Source: Gemmatimonas sp. (GTDB lineage: Bacteria > Gemmatimonadota > Gemmatimonadetes > Gemmatimonadales > Gemmatimonadaceae). Taken from it: 64,000 nt of DNA. The translations under genes and the position numbers were made by a program. Below the pieces are notes generated by a model. The model searched no databases, had not been told where the DNA came from, and worked only from the letters and a program-made list of their open reading frames with translations. Location: assembly GCA_965279375.1 (NCBI GenBank), contig OZ257156.1, positions 2,272,001 through 2,336,000 of the forward strand, given 5' to 3'. Below, piece after piece: positions 1 through 9,470 of the stretch (position 1 is its first letter; each line of letters begins with the position of its first letter).

Positions 1-466
1 GAAGGTGCTGTGGATCGAGAACGGTGTCGTGAAGAACCTCAACTACGATCGCTACTGGGCGCAGAAGCAGGGCGTACCGGCCACGCGCGCGGGCGGCGGT
101 GGCCGTGGCGCGCGTTCGTTGCGCATGCTCGGCGGCACGTCGAGCGTGGCGGAGATGGTGAAGAACACGGAGCGCGGTGTGCTGGTCACGCGCTTCTGGT
201 ACATCCGTGCGGTGGACCCGCGAACGATTCTCTACACCGGCCTCACCCGCGACGGCACGTTCCTGATCGAGAATGGGAAAGTCACGCGCCCGATCAAGAA
301 TTTCCGCTTCAACGAGTCGCCGATCTTCTTCCTCAACAACCTGCAGGAGATGGGGCAGAGCATCCGTGTGAACGCGTCGGAAAATCTTGGCGCGGGTGGC
401 GCGATCTACATGCCGCCGATCAAGGTGCGCGACTTCACGTTCAGCTCATTGTCGGACGCGGTGTAG
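1..466 (+). CDS. TldD/PmbA family metalloprotease, C-terminal part (5' truncated by window edge)
   Basis: Open frame from the window start; motifs GVLVTRFWYIR, TGLTRDGTFLIENG, PIKNFRFNESP and DFTFSSLSDAV match the TldD/PmbA C-terminal domain. Confidence 0.85.
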   Translation, partial: KVLWIENGVVKNLNYDRYWAQKQGVPATRAGGGGRGARSLRMLGGTSSVAEMVKNTERGVLVTRFWYIRAVDPRTILYTGLTRDGTFLIENGKVTRPIKNFRFNESPIFFLNNLQEMGQSIRVNASENLGAGGAIYMPPIKVRDFTFSSLSDAV

Positions 467-537
467 CGCCGGCTGGTGTGGGCGCATGCTCGCAACGTGT
501 GCCCGCGTTTCTCGATCGTGCTTCAGATTTCGCGGAT

Positions 538-666
538 AACTGCAACTGCATTGGAACTGCCGATCACACGGATCTAGCGGATAACACGGATACAACAAAA
601 GCTGTTGTGGTATCCGCGCGTTTCCCATGAATCCGTGTGATCGGCAGTTCTAATGCAGTTGCAGTT
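538..666. repeat. Long nested inverted repeat (REP/MITE-like palindrome) between convergent genes
   Basis: 36-nt arms at 538-573 and 631-666 are reverse complements with one mismatch; inner stem 587-598 / 605-616. Confidence 0.9.
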
Positions 667-702
667 GCAGTTGCAGTTGCAGTTGCAGTTGCAGTTGCAG
701 TT
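655..702. repeat. Hexanucleotide tandem repeat (GCAGTT)8
   Basis: Eight perfect units read directly from the sequence. Confidence 0.97.
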
Positions 703-728
703 GTTGTTCTCGTTCTAGCCGGAGTTCC

Positions 729-1466
729 TCAGCTCGCCGCGACGAAGCTGCACCCGTTCTGCTGCGCCAGTACGTTCGCGAAGATTCCGGACGGCTGGAG
801 AATGATCCCCGGCACCATCATCGAGATCGCCTTCGCGCGCGCTTCGGGCATCTTGAGCTTGTCCTTCTTCACGACGTCGCGCACCACGCCACCGAACGCC
901 ATGTTGCACGCGAGCACGATCACGCCGCGGCTGATCTGTTGCTCGAGCATGAGCTGCGAGAACGGCGATGCGGGCTTGCCGTCCGTTGGCGCTGCGGCCA
1001 GCACGGGGTTCGTGTTCGTCTTCTTGTTCTTGTCGTCGCGGACGTTGTTCTGCTTGCCGACGTTGTATTCGTCCCAGAATGCTTGATTCATCGCGAGGAT
1101 GATCCCCTCGTGACGCAGCACGATCACCGGCGAGAAATCCGACGGCTGCGCCTTGAACACTTCCGTGTACTGCCGCGCCCAGAGCCCGGCGCGAAGTACG
1201 CCAGAGCCGCCGCTCACCTGCGGCACATCGAACATGGCCCGATGCTTCCCGGTGATCTTCTTCGTCCAGCTCGTATCCCACACAGGATCGGCCTGCTGCT
1301 CCTCGGCCGACGCGAACTCGGAGAAGGCGCTGGTGTGATCTGCCGCGACGTCGCGCGCGGTCGGTTGGCTCGCGTGCAGCAATGACGGCGCGACGCCGAG
1401 TCCTGCAGCGCCAATGGTGAGACGCTGCAGAAAGGCACGGCGATCCGAAAAGTCTGTTGCTGACAT
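729..1466 (-). CDS. Tat-exported DsrE/DsrF-like protein
   Basis: ATG at 1466; twin-arginine signal DRRAFLQR followed by a hydrophobic stretch; C-terminal RGVIVLACNMAF...PSGIFANVLAQQNGC resembles the DsrE fold. Confidence 0.65.
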   Translation of the reverse strand: MSATDFSDRRAFLQRLTIGAAGLGVAPSLLHASQPTARDVAADHTSAFSEFASAEEQQADPVWDTSWTKKITGKHRAMFDVPQVSGGSGVLRAGLWARQYTEVFKAQPSDFSPVIVLRHEGIILAMNQAFWDEYNVGKQNNVRDDKNKKTNTNPVLAAAPTDGKPASPFSQLMLEQQISRGVIVLACNMAFGGVVRDVVKKDKLKMPEARAKAISMMVPGIILQPSGIFANVLAQQNGCSFVAAS

Positions 1467-1515
1467 GGTGGCTCCGATACGGACTGCGATGGTGAGCGGG
1501 CGGGGATGGCCGAAT

Positions 1516-2109
1516 CTACGGCGTTCGCCACTGATTGGCACGGACGTTCTGCGCGGCGAGTCGTGCCGTTTCCTCGATGCGCCTGTTACGCGTGGGCGCC
1601 GTCTTTGCCTGCAGAATCCATTCGAGGATGCCGCGCTTGACCGAACGAGGGAATTCCTCGAAATGTTGCGCCGCGCCGTCGTGCTGAGCGAACGCCTCGG
1701 CAAGATCTGCGGGAATCTCGAGGGCGTCGACTGCATCGAGTGCGGTCCACGAACCGTCGGCCTTCGCGGCGTCCACCTTGCGCGTGCCGGCCGCATGCAT
1801 ACGCCCTTCGGCCTGCAGCCTGGCGACGCGCTGCTTGTTGGGCTGCGACCAGAGCGAGCCGGGTTTGCGCGGCGCGAACCAGAGCATGGTTCGCTTTTCG
1901 TCCAACGCCCGGGGTTTACTGTCCACCCAGCCGAAGCAGAGCGCCTCGCAAACTGCATCGTCGTAGGACATGTCAGCGATCCCAGCGGCCTTCTTGTACG
2001 TCACCAGCCACACGCCGCCGTCGCGCTCATGATGTGCCGACAGCCAGTCGCGCCATGCTGCGCTGGACTTAGGGTGGACCGCATCGGGCGGAAGTCGTTT
2101 CGCCGGCAT
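1516..2109 (-). CDS. YdeI/OmpD-associated family protein
   Basis: WRDWLSAHH, GVWL, EALCFGWVDS, FAPRKPGSLWS and AKTAPTRNRRI motifs; GGAG RBS upstream of ATG 2109. Confidence 0.9.
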   Translation of the reverse strand: MPAKRLPPDAVHPKSSAAWRDWLSAHHERDGGVWLVTYKKAAGIADMSYDDAVCEALCFGWVDSKPRALDEKRTMLWFAPRKPGSLWSQPNKQRVARLQAEGRMHAAGTRKVDAAKADGSWTALDAVDALEIPADLAEAFAQHDGAAQHFEEFPRSVKRGILEWILQAKTAPTRNRRIEETARLAAQNVRANQWRTP

Positions 2110-2151
2110 CAGCACTCCCTCCACACGCAGGCAATCGGTCTGTAGCTCAGG

Positions 2152-3399
2152 TCAGTCTTTCTTCGCTCTTGGGGCGTACTGCTCCATGTCGCGTCCCAGG
2201 AGCAACGTTGCTGTGACTAGCGTGGCGCTGACCAGAAAGGGACTGGGCTTGCCCACGCTGTCGTACAAGGCGCCGAACAGAATCGGGAAGCCGACGCGCG
2301 TAATGCCGCCGTATGTCTGCTGCACGCCCATGTACAAGCCGCGCTCAGCGCTGCTGACCACGCGCGAGAGCATCGCCGTGACGCACGGAAACGTGAATGC
2401 GGTACCGAGTGGCAGCATGCCAACTGTGAGCGCGAGCATGACGTAGTTCTGCGAGAGTGCGATGCCGATGAGACCCGCGCCGAGGAACATGATGCCCCAG
2501 CGGCTCAGCGCCGGCTCGCCGACGCGATCGACGAACTTGCCAAGCATCACGGCGCGGATGAACACGCTCAGCACACCGATGTACGCGAAGAACCAGCCGA
2601 TCGTGTCGGCGGTGACGCCAAAGCGGTCCGACAGGAACAGAGCGAGAATCGACGTCGTGCCCTGGAAGGCACCGATGGCGATTGCATAAATCAGAATCAG
2701 TCGCGACGCAGGTTCGTCCGGATGGCTGATCACGCGCATCACCGCCTCGCGGCTGCTCTTGCGCACAACCTTCGATCCATCGGCATTGAGCGCCTGCTTG
2801 CCGCCCGGCTTGCGAATCTCGGTCAGGTACTTGCTCGCGAAGCCGATGTTCACCGCACACAAGCCAGCCGCGAGCAACCCAGGCACCTGCGAGCCCCATT
2901 GCTGCACGAAGCTGCCGATCACCGGGCCAAGTGCGACACCTGCATTCGTCGCCGCGCTCAACCAGCCGAGCGACTTCGCGCGATCTTCCGGCTTGGTGGC
3001 ATCGGCCACGTACGCCTGAATCACGCTCACTGTGCCGCCACCCGCGCCCTGCACGATGCGCGAAAGGAACAGCAGCCACAGGCTGTCGGCATACGCGAAG
3101 ACGACATACGCGATCGCACTCGCGGCGAGTCCCACCATGAGCGCGGGACGCCGGCCGTACTTGTCGCTGAAACGGCCCCAGTACGGCGCACTGATCAACT
3201 GCGCAACGCTGAACGAGCTCACCAGCAAACCAATGATCAGGCCACCGGCGCCGAGTCCCTTGGCGTAGAACGGAAGCAGCGGCAGGATCATCAACAGGCC
3301 GAGCATGTCGATGAATGCCGTCACCATCAGAATCACCAGCTTGCCAAACGCACTCTTCTCCGGAACGACTGCACTCTCGCCAAGCGGCGTCTCGCTCAT
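2152..3399 (-). CDS. MFS transporter (DHA1/TetA-like family)
   Basis: Motif A GRFSDKYGRRP; about 12 hydrophobic segments; QAYVAD; ATG overlaps the upstream stop. Confidence 0.9.
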   Translation of the reverse strand: MSETPLGESAVVPEKSAFGKLVILMVTAFIDMLGLLMILPLLPFYAKGLGAGGLIIGLLVSSFSVAQLISAPYWGRFSDKYGRRPALMVGLAASAIAYVVFAYADSLWLLFLSRIVQGAGGGTVSVIQAYVADATKPEDRAKSLGWLSAATNAGVALGPVIGSFVQQWGSQVPGLLAAGLCAVNIGFASKYLTEIRKPGGKQALNADGSKVVRKSSREAVMRVISHPDEPASRLILIYAIAIGAFQGTTSILALFLSDRFGVTADTIGWFFAYIGVLSVFIRAVMLGKFVDRVGEPALSRWGIMFLGAGLIGIALSQNYVMLALTVGMLPLGTAFTFPCVTAMLSRVVSSAERGLYMGVQQTYGGITRVGFPILFGALYDSVGKPSPFLVSATLVTATLLLGRDMEQYAPRAKKD

Positions 3400-4274
3400 T
3401 CCGACTTCCCGAGTGCAGCCGGTGCGACGGAACGCCCCACCACGCCGGCCAGCGCGATGATGGTGAGCAGATACGGGATCATTTCCACGAACTGACTCGG
3501 AATGAGTTGAGCACCCTGCAACTGGATCTGCAGCGTTTCCGCGCCCGCGAAGAGCAGGCAGGCGACGGCGACGCGCAGCGGCTCCCACCGCCCGAAAATC
3601 ACGGCGGCCAGCGCGATGAAACCACGACCGGCAGTCATGCCGTCGCTGAACTGATGCTGGTCGAGCGCGAGATACGCACCGCCCAGCGACGCGAGCGAGC
3701 CCGCGATGATGAGGCCCTTGAGACGCAGCGGTACCACGGCCACGCCAAGTGTCGCGGCCGCCTCGGGCTTCTCACCAACCGCGCGTGCACGCAGACCGAA
3801 CGGGGTGCGATACAGCAGCCAGCCGAGCGCCGGCAGCGCAAAGATTCCGATCCACACCACCGGATTCGCGAACGATGCCATCAGCGCATTCGTGGAGGCA
3901 TCGCCACCGAATCCCGCGACGCGCGGCGAGTTGCTGGCGCTGTCGAAAACGAGCCGCAGAAAGAACCGCGTCGCACCCACGACCAGCAGATTGATCGCCA
4001 CGCCAACCACGACCTGATTGGCCTTGAAGCGCAGTGTGGCCACGGCCAGCACACTCGTGACCACCAGCCCCGCAGCCAAAGCGCCCAGCAACCCTACCCA
4101 CGCGCTGCCGCCGTAGTAGCTGCCCAACGCTGCACCGAACGCACCGGACAGCATCATGCCCTCGAGTCCCAGCGCAATGATGCCGACGCGCTCCGACATC
4201 ACACCACCAGCCGCTGCGAGCAGATACGGGATCGCGATGCGTATCGTCTGCAGCAGAAAATTCAGCGCGCTCAC
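3396..4274 (-). CDS. Nucleoside/sugar (CUT2-type) ABC transporter permease
   Basis: SERVGIIALGLEG, RTPFGLRARAVGE and GRGFIALAAVIFG motifs. Confidence 0.9.
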   Translation of the reverse strand: MSALNFLLQTIRIAIPYLLAAAGGVMSERVGIIALGLEGMMLSGAFGAALGSYYGGSAWVGLLGALAAGLVVTSVLAVATLRFKANQVVVGVAINLLVVGATRFFLRLVFDSASNSPRVAGFGGDASTNALMASFANPVVWIGIFALPALGWLLYRTPFGLRARAVGEKPEAAATLGVAVVPLRLKGLIIAGSLASLGGAYLALDQHQFSDGMTAGRGFIALAAVIFGRWEPLRVAVACLLFAGAETLQIQLQGAQLIPSQFVEMIPYLLTIIALAGVVGRSVAPAALGKSE

Positions 4275-5404
4275 GCGTTGCCTCGCTTGCTGCGCGCAGC
4301 CATCGATACGGCAGATGCCGCAGCTTCACGCAACTGACGCTGCACTTCCGGCACCGCGGTGGCGACGGCAAGAATCACGACGGCGGTGAGAATGTCGGTG
4401 AGCTGCTTGGGCACCAACGCGTTCACGGCCAGTCCACCCTGCGACAAGGTTGCAAACAGCAGTGCGGCCAGCAGAATGCCGATCGGGTGATTGCGTCCAA
4501 CCAGTGCGACCGCGATACCAAGAAATCCGGCACCGCCGGCAAAGCCTTCTTCGTAGTAGCCCTTGTAGCCGAGCACGAAGTTCATGCCGCCGAGACCGGC
4601 CAGCGCACCGGAGAGGCACATCGTCATGAAGAGTACGCGCGGCACGCGCACGCCGCCGTACTCCGCCGCATCCGGCTGCAGACCGACGGCGCGCAACTCG
4701 TAGCCCGAGCGCGTGCGAAACAGATACCAGCTGCAGGCGATCGCCGCCGCGAGTGCGATCAGCATCGTCCAGTTGGCCGCGCTGCCGTGGAACGCGGACA
4801 GCATGTCTGAAATGCGCGGTACGCCGCCGGCGAGAATTGGTGGCGTGTGCAACGTTTCCGGCACGTGGATCTTCGCCGCGACCAACCAATTGAGCAGCGC
4901 GAGCACTACAAAGTTGAGCATGATCGTCACGATCACTTCGCTCGCCCCAAACTTGGCGCGCAGCGCACCGGGAATCGCGGCGACCGAGGCGCCCGCGCCC
5001 ATCGCGGCGACGAGGCAAAGCAGCGTGGCAATCACTGCAGGCATCGATGCCGGCATGAGCATGCCGGCCACCGCCGCTGCAAACCCTCCCATCGCCAGCT
5101 GTCCTTCAGCGCCCACGTTGAACAATCCCGCGCGCCCGGCGATCGCAAACGCCAGACCAGTGCAGGTGAGCGTGGTCGCCTTGTACAGCACCTGCCCGAG
5201 TCCGTACGGGTTGCCCCACGTGCCGTCCACCAGCAAGCGGAAAACGGTGGCCGGCGCCTGTCCGAACGACAAAATGAGTACGTCGCCGACGACGGCGGCG
5301 ATGGCGAGTGCCACCAGCGGCGCCAGAAACGCCGATGCCAGCTTCATGCGCATCTCACCCGGAGTCTTTCGTGCGCGCAGCATCGCAACCGGTGCCGGCG
5401 TCAT
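4271..5404 (-). CDS. Nucleoside/sugar ABC transporter permease
   Basis: GLFNVGAEGQ, EVIVTIMLN, GYELRAVG and GFLGIAVALVG motifs. Confidence 0.9.
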   Translation of the reverse strand: MTPAPVAMLRARKTPGEMRMKLASAFLAPLVALAIAAVVGDVLILSFGQAPATVFRLLVDGTWGNPYGLGQVLYKATTLTCTGLAFAIAGRAGLFNVGAEGQLAMGGFAAAVAGMLMPASMPAVIATLLCLVAAMGAGASVAAIPGALRAKFGASEVIVTIMLNFVVLALLNWLVAAKIHVPETLHTPPILAGGVPRISDMLSAFHGSAANWTMLIALAAAIACSWYLFRTRSGYELRAVGLQPDAAEYGGVRVPRVLFMTMCLSGALAGLGGMNFVLGYKGYYEEGFAGGAGFLGIAVALVGRNHPIGILLAALLFATLSQGGLAVNALVPKQLTDILTAVVILAVATAVPEVQRQLREAAASAVSMAARSKRGNA

Positions 5405-7068
5405 GCGGCCGCTCCGGTCATGTACGGTCCGAGAATCTCTGCGTCACACTCGGCGGCGGGCAGCACGGTTACGAAAGCACCGCCGTACATGACGGCAATG
5501 CGGTCCGACAGCGCAAGCACTTCCGGCAAGTCGGCACTCACCAGGAGAATGCCCTTGCCAGCGTCACGCGCCGCACGGATCTGCGCGTGAATGAACTCGA
5601 TGGCGCCGACATCCACACCGCGCGTCGGCTGCGCGGCGAGCAACACGTTGAACTCGCGTCCCATCTCTCGTGCGATCACGATCTTCTGCTGATTGCCGCC
5701 CGACAGCGCGCGGGCCGCGAGCGTGGCGATCGGCGGACGGATGTCGAACTGCGCGATCTGCTCGGCGGCGTTCATCTCGATGCGTGCGCGTTGCAGCACA
5801 CCGCTCGACGTGAAGTGATGCTGCCGGCCCAGAATGAGATTCTCGGCGATGCTGTAGTCGAGCACGAGACCACGACGGTGCCGGTCTTCCGGCACGTGCG
5901 ACAAACCGGCGTCGGCGCGTGCGCGCACGTCCAGGCCGTCGAGCGCGGTGTCGCCCAGCATGATGCGACCGCGCTCCGTCTTGCGAAGTCCGGCGATCGC
6001 TTCGAGTAACTCCGTCTGACCGTTGCCCTCCACACCGGCAATGCCCAGCACTTCGCCTGGCGCGACGCTGAACGACAGATTGGGAATCACAACGGTGCCA
6101 CGATCGCCACGCACGGCTAACCCGCTCACGCTCAGCGCATCGCGTAGCGCCTTGCTGGATGCGTCGGCGCGCATCGCGCGATTCTCGCCCGTCACCTGAA
6201 TGCCCGGCGATGCATCGAGAGCGAGCGCGACTTCGCGCCCCACCATTGCCTTGGCAATCTCGCGCGGTGTCGTGTCTCTGGTCGCCATGCGCGTCACGGT
6301 GCGCCCAGCGCGCATCACGGTGATCGTGTCCGACACATCGATCACTTCGTCGAGCTTGTGCGTGATGAGAATGACCGTACCGCCATCGTCGCGCAGCGCG
6401 CGCAAGACTTGCCATAACTCACGTACTTCCGGCGGCGACAGTACCGCCGTGGGCTCGTCGAGGATGAGAATCTTCGCGCCGCGATAGAGCGCCTTGAGAA
6501 TCTCCACGCGCTGCGCCTCGCCCACGCTCAAGTCGGCCACGCGCGCCGTTGGATCCACCAACAGGCCGCACTTGGCGCTCAGCGCGCGCACGTCCGACAC
6601 ACCACGCGCCAGATCGATGCGAACGCCGCTCGTTGGCTCCTGACCCAACACCACGTTTTCGGCGACGGTCAGCGTGTTCACCAGCATGAAGTGCTGATGC
6701 ACCATCCCCACGCCAGCGGCGATCGCGTCGGTCGTCTTCCACCCGGTAACGGTGCGACCATTCACCTCAACCGTGCCCGAGTCGGGGGCGTAGAGCCCGC
6801 TCAGCACGCGCATCAGTGTGCTCTTGCCCGCGCCGTTCTCGCCCACGAGCGCATGGATTTCGCCTTTGGCCACGTCTAACGACGCATCGCGATTGGCGAC
6901 CACCGCGCCGAACGACTTGGCCACGTCATGCATACGCACGGCCCATCCGCTCGGCGGAGGATCCTGTGCCGTGGCCACGGCGACGGCGCCGCGCGGCGGC
7001 ATGCGATCGCCGGCTGCCGCTGCCTCGGGCACGGGCCCGTCTTCGGAAAAATCGGAGTAGTGCGTCAT
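5401..7068 (-). CDS. Nucleoside/sugar ABC transporter ATP-binding protein (two ABC domains)
   Basis: Walker A GENGAGKS, ILDEPT, second domain LSGGNQQK and QPTRGVDVGA; start codon uncertain. Confidence 0.92.
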   Translation of the reverse strand: MTHYSDFSEDGPVPEAAAAGDRMPPRGAVAVATAQDPPPSGWAVRMHDVAKSFGAVVANRDASLDVAKGEIHALVGENGAGKSTLMRVLSGLYAPDSGTVEVNGRTVTGWKTTDAIAAGVGMVHQHFMLVNTLTVAENVVLGQEPTSGVRIDLARGVSDVRALSAKCGLLVDPTARVADLSVGEAQRVEILKALYRGAKILILDEPTAVLSPPEVRELWQVLRALRDDGGTVILITHKLDEVIDVSDTITVMRAGRTVTRMATRDTTPREIAKAMVGREVALALDASPGIQVTGENRAMRADASSKALRDALSVSGLAVRGDRGTVVIPNLSFSVAPGEVLGIAGVEGNGQTELLEAIAGLRKTERGRIMLGDTALDGLDVRARADAGLSHVPEDRHRRGLVLDYSIAENLILGRQHHFTSSGVLQRARIEMNAAEQIAQFDIRPPIATLAARALSGGNQQKIVIAREMGREFNVLLAAQPTRGVDVGAIEFIHAQIRAARDAGKGILLVSADLPEVLALSDRIAVMYGGAFVTVLPAAECDAEILGPYMTGAAA

Positions 7069-7069
7069 G

Positions 7070-8107
7070 TCAGCGCGTGCTCGGCACCTTGATGCGACCG
7101 GCGACGATGTCCGCCGTGAGGGAATCGAGACGCGCACGCACGGCGTCCGGAATGAGCGCGCGATTGTTCGCGTCGTAGATGTAGCCCACGCCCTTCTCGG
7201 CCAACCCGAACTGCTGCACGCCGCCCTTGAATCGCTTTTCCTTCACGGCCTTGGCGGCCTGGTACACCGATTCGTCGATGCCCTTCACCATGCTCGTCAG
7301 CACGAAGCCCGGCGCTTCCGCGTACTGGTCCGCATCGACGCCGATGCCGAGCTTCCCGGCCGAACGCGCCGCTTCGAAGACGCCAAGCCCCGTACTACCG
7401 GCTGCGTGAAAGATCACGTTCACGCCCTGATTGTACTGGCTGAGTGCGAGTTCCTTGCCACGCCCCGGATTGCGAAACGCTTCGGGGGTGACGCCTGCGT
7501 ACTGCGCGATCACTTCACAGTCGCTGCAGACGTAGCTCACGCCCGCGCGGTAGCCGGCTTCGAACTTGTGAATGAGCGCGATGTCCATGCCGCCCACGAA
7601 ACCCACTTTCTTGCTCTTGCCGACCAATGCCGCCAACGCACCAACGAGAAACGAGCCCTCCTCCTCGCGGAACTTGAGTGCGACGAGGTTCGGTGGCATC
7701 GGCAGCGGATTGCCCGCCGCGTCGGTGGGGATCGCGTAGTCCACGTCGGCAAAGGCGACGTTGGGGTATTCGCGGGCGAGGGGCGTGATGTCGTCGGTGA
7801 AGATGAAGCCGACACCGATCACGAGGTCGAGCCCCTCTGCGGCCAGCAGTCGCAGCCCGGCTTCGCGGTCAGAGCCTTCGCCAGGCTCGATGTATCGCAC
7901 CCGCGCGCCGAGGTCCTTGGCGGCTCGCATGCCACCCAGGTACGCGCCGTCGTTGAACGACTTGTCGCCGCGGCCGCCCACGTCGAAGACGATCCCGATA
8001 TCGAGGCCTTCTGAGTCGTCGGCGACGGTCGCGCCCGAAGGCGTGACCGTGAGCAGCGCGAGGTGGGCGAGGAGGAGCGCCCCTATGAGGATGAGGGTCC
8101 GACGCAT
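7070..8107 (-). CDS. BMP family ABC transporter substrate-binding protein (purine nucleoside type)
   Basis: GGRGDKSFN, FREEEGSFLVG, IGVDADQ and LTSMVK motifs; N-terminal signal. Confidence 0.92.
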   Translation of the reverse strand: MRRTLILIGALLLAHLALLTVTPSGATVADDSEGLDIGIVFDVGGRGDKSFNDGAYLGGMRAAKDLGARVRYIEPGEGSDREAGLRLLAAEGLDLVIGVGFIFTDDITPLAREYPNVAFADVDYAIPTDAAGNPLPMPPNLVALKFREEEGSFLVGALAALVGKSKKVGFVGGMDIALIHKFEAGYRAGVSYVCSDCEVIAQYAGVTPEAFRNPGRGKELALSQYNQGVNVIFHAAGSTGLGVFEAARSAGKLGIGVDADQYAEAPGFVLTSMVKGIDESVYQAAKAVKEKRFKGGVQQFGLAEKGVGYIYDANNRALIPDAVRARLDSLTADIVAGRIKVPSTR

Positions 8108-8151
8108 GACGCAGAAGGTTCGCCGCCCGCACCGTCATTCGGAAGGGGAAA

Positions 8152-9444
8152 TCAGCGAGTCGCGGGACTCAGCTTGTAGAGGCCATTGAGCATGTCCGAC
8201 GCATAGAAGCCGGACGGCGACCAGTGCACGCCCCAGACATAGGTCCCGCTGGTGCCGCCGCCTGCGAAGCGCGCCTTCTCGCGTCCGGAGGCGCCAAGGT
8301 CGCACCGACCGTCGGCCAGCTTGACGGTGCAGGTTGCGAGATCGCCACGAATGTCCAGCACGCGTACGCCGGCGTTGTAGTAGGCCGCGTACAGCAAGCC
8401 GTTCGCCTCGTCCACCGAGAAGTTGTGCACGCCCGCTCCGGCCACGCTGAACACGGCGACTTCTCGCGCCGCACTCGGCATGCTGATGTCCACCACGTGC
8501 ACGTCTCCGACGGAGGACGAGCCGATTACGCCGGGTCCCTCTTCACCCACGAAGAGAAAACTCTTGTTCGCTGTCACGGGATCGTGGTACCACCAGACGT
8601 TGTGTGCCTGTCCGCCGCGTATCGTGGCCGTCCCCACTCGGCGAGGCGAGGCTACCGTGCCGGTCTGCGCGCCGATGTCCCAGATCCCCACTCCGTCGTT
8701 CCACTCGGCGGTGAAAAGCATGCCGTCGCGCACGAACACGTCGTGAACGAACGGCGACCCCAATTGGACGGAAGCGACCGTCTTTGGGGCGGCGGGATCC
8801 GTCAGGTCGAGCGTGATCAGGCGCGAAACCACGCCATTGGTCGGATCGATGGAGCAGAAGGCGTACAACACGCCGTTGACGCGCGCGACTTCCGCAGTGT
8901 GGACGCCGTAGCGCAGCTCTCCGCCGGTGGTGCGCGTGAGCAGACGCGGCTTGCGTGGAGTGTCCAGTGCGTACGTGGCCAGGCCGCCGTTGGGATTGGA
9001 CTCAATGGCGACCACCAGCAGCGTCCCGTCGTCGGAAACCTGCACGTCGCCAAGCGTTCCTGCGCTGGCCACGATCACAGAGTCCACGAGCACCGGTGTG
9101 TTCCCCTCGACATCCCAGATCTTGATCGCATTGCCGCGAATACCCGCGCGCGAACCCCAACTCGTCGTGTAGGCCGTCGTGCCCCGCACCCACACCTCAG
9201 AAGTGTAGCGCTCAGACACCGCGCCAAGACCCAGCACGCCGAGTGTTGTAGGCACCGGTATCGTGGGCGTGGGCGGCGTGACGGGAGGCGTGACCGGGGT
9301 CGGCGTTTCTCTGGCGGGCGTGGTTGGGGCATCGCTGCCGCCGCACCCGGTCACGAGAAACGCGCTCAACAGAACGGAGGCACGCAGGCCGCCGCGTACA
9401 CGCGCGGAGAGCATCAGCGCTATCGCAGGCATCATCGAATTCAT
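8152..9444 (-). CDS. LVIVD-repeat (beta-propeller) lipoprotein
   Basis: Lipobox-like LVTGC, Pro/Thr linker, repeated IWDV / VHVVDIS / VRVLDI strands, several His (VHT, VHD, AHN, VHN). Confidence 0.7.
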   Translation of the reverse strand: MNSMMPAIALMLSARVRGGLRASVLLSAFLVTGCGGSDAPTTPARETPTPVTPPVTPPTPTIPVPTTLGVLGLGAVSERYTSEVWVRGTTAYTTSWGSRAGIRGNAIKIWDVEGNTPVLVDSVIVASAGTLGDVQVSDDGTLLVVAIESNPNGGLATYALDTPRKPRLLTRTTGGELRYGVHTAEVARVNGVLYAFCSIDPTNGVVSRLITLDLTDPAAPKTVASVQLGSPFVHDVFVRDGMLFTAEWNDGVGIWDIGAQTGTVASPRRVGTATIRGGQAHNVWWYHDPVTANKSFLFVGEEGPGVIGSSSVGDVHVVDISMPSAAREVAVFSVAGAGVHNFSVDEANGLLYAAYYNAGVRVLDIRGDLATCTVKLADGRCDLGASGREKARFAGGGTSGTYVWGVHWSPSGFYASDMLNGLYKLSPATR

Positions 9445-9470
9445 GTCGTGCAATCTCGCGGCGCGAATGG

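Noticed and set aside
538..702. CRISPR array
   Set aside because: The repeats are inverted or tandem with no unique spacers, and there are no cas genes.
637..1086. ORF beginning with poly-(AV)
   Set aside because: It is the translation of the (GCAGTT)8 tract and lies antisense to the real Tat-protein gene.
2152..3399. Tetracycline resistance gene tetA
   Set aside because: Only family-level motifs are present; there is no tetR and no mobile context, so the substrate cannot be assigned.
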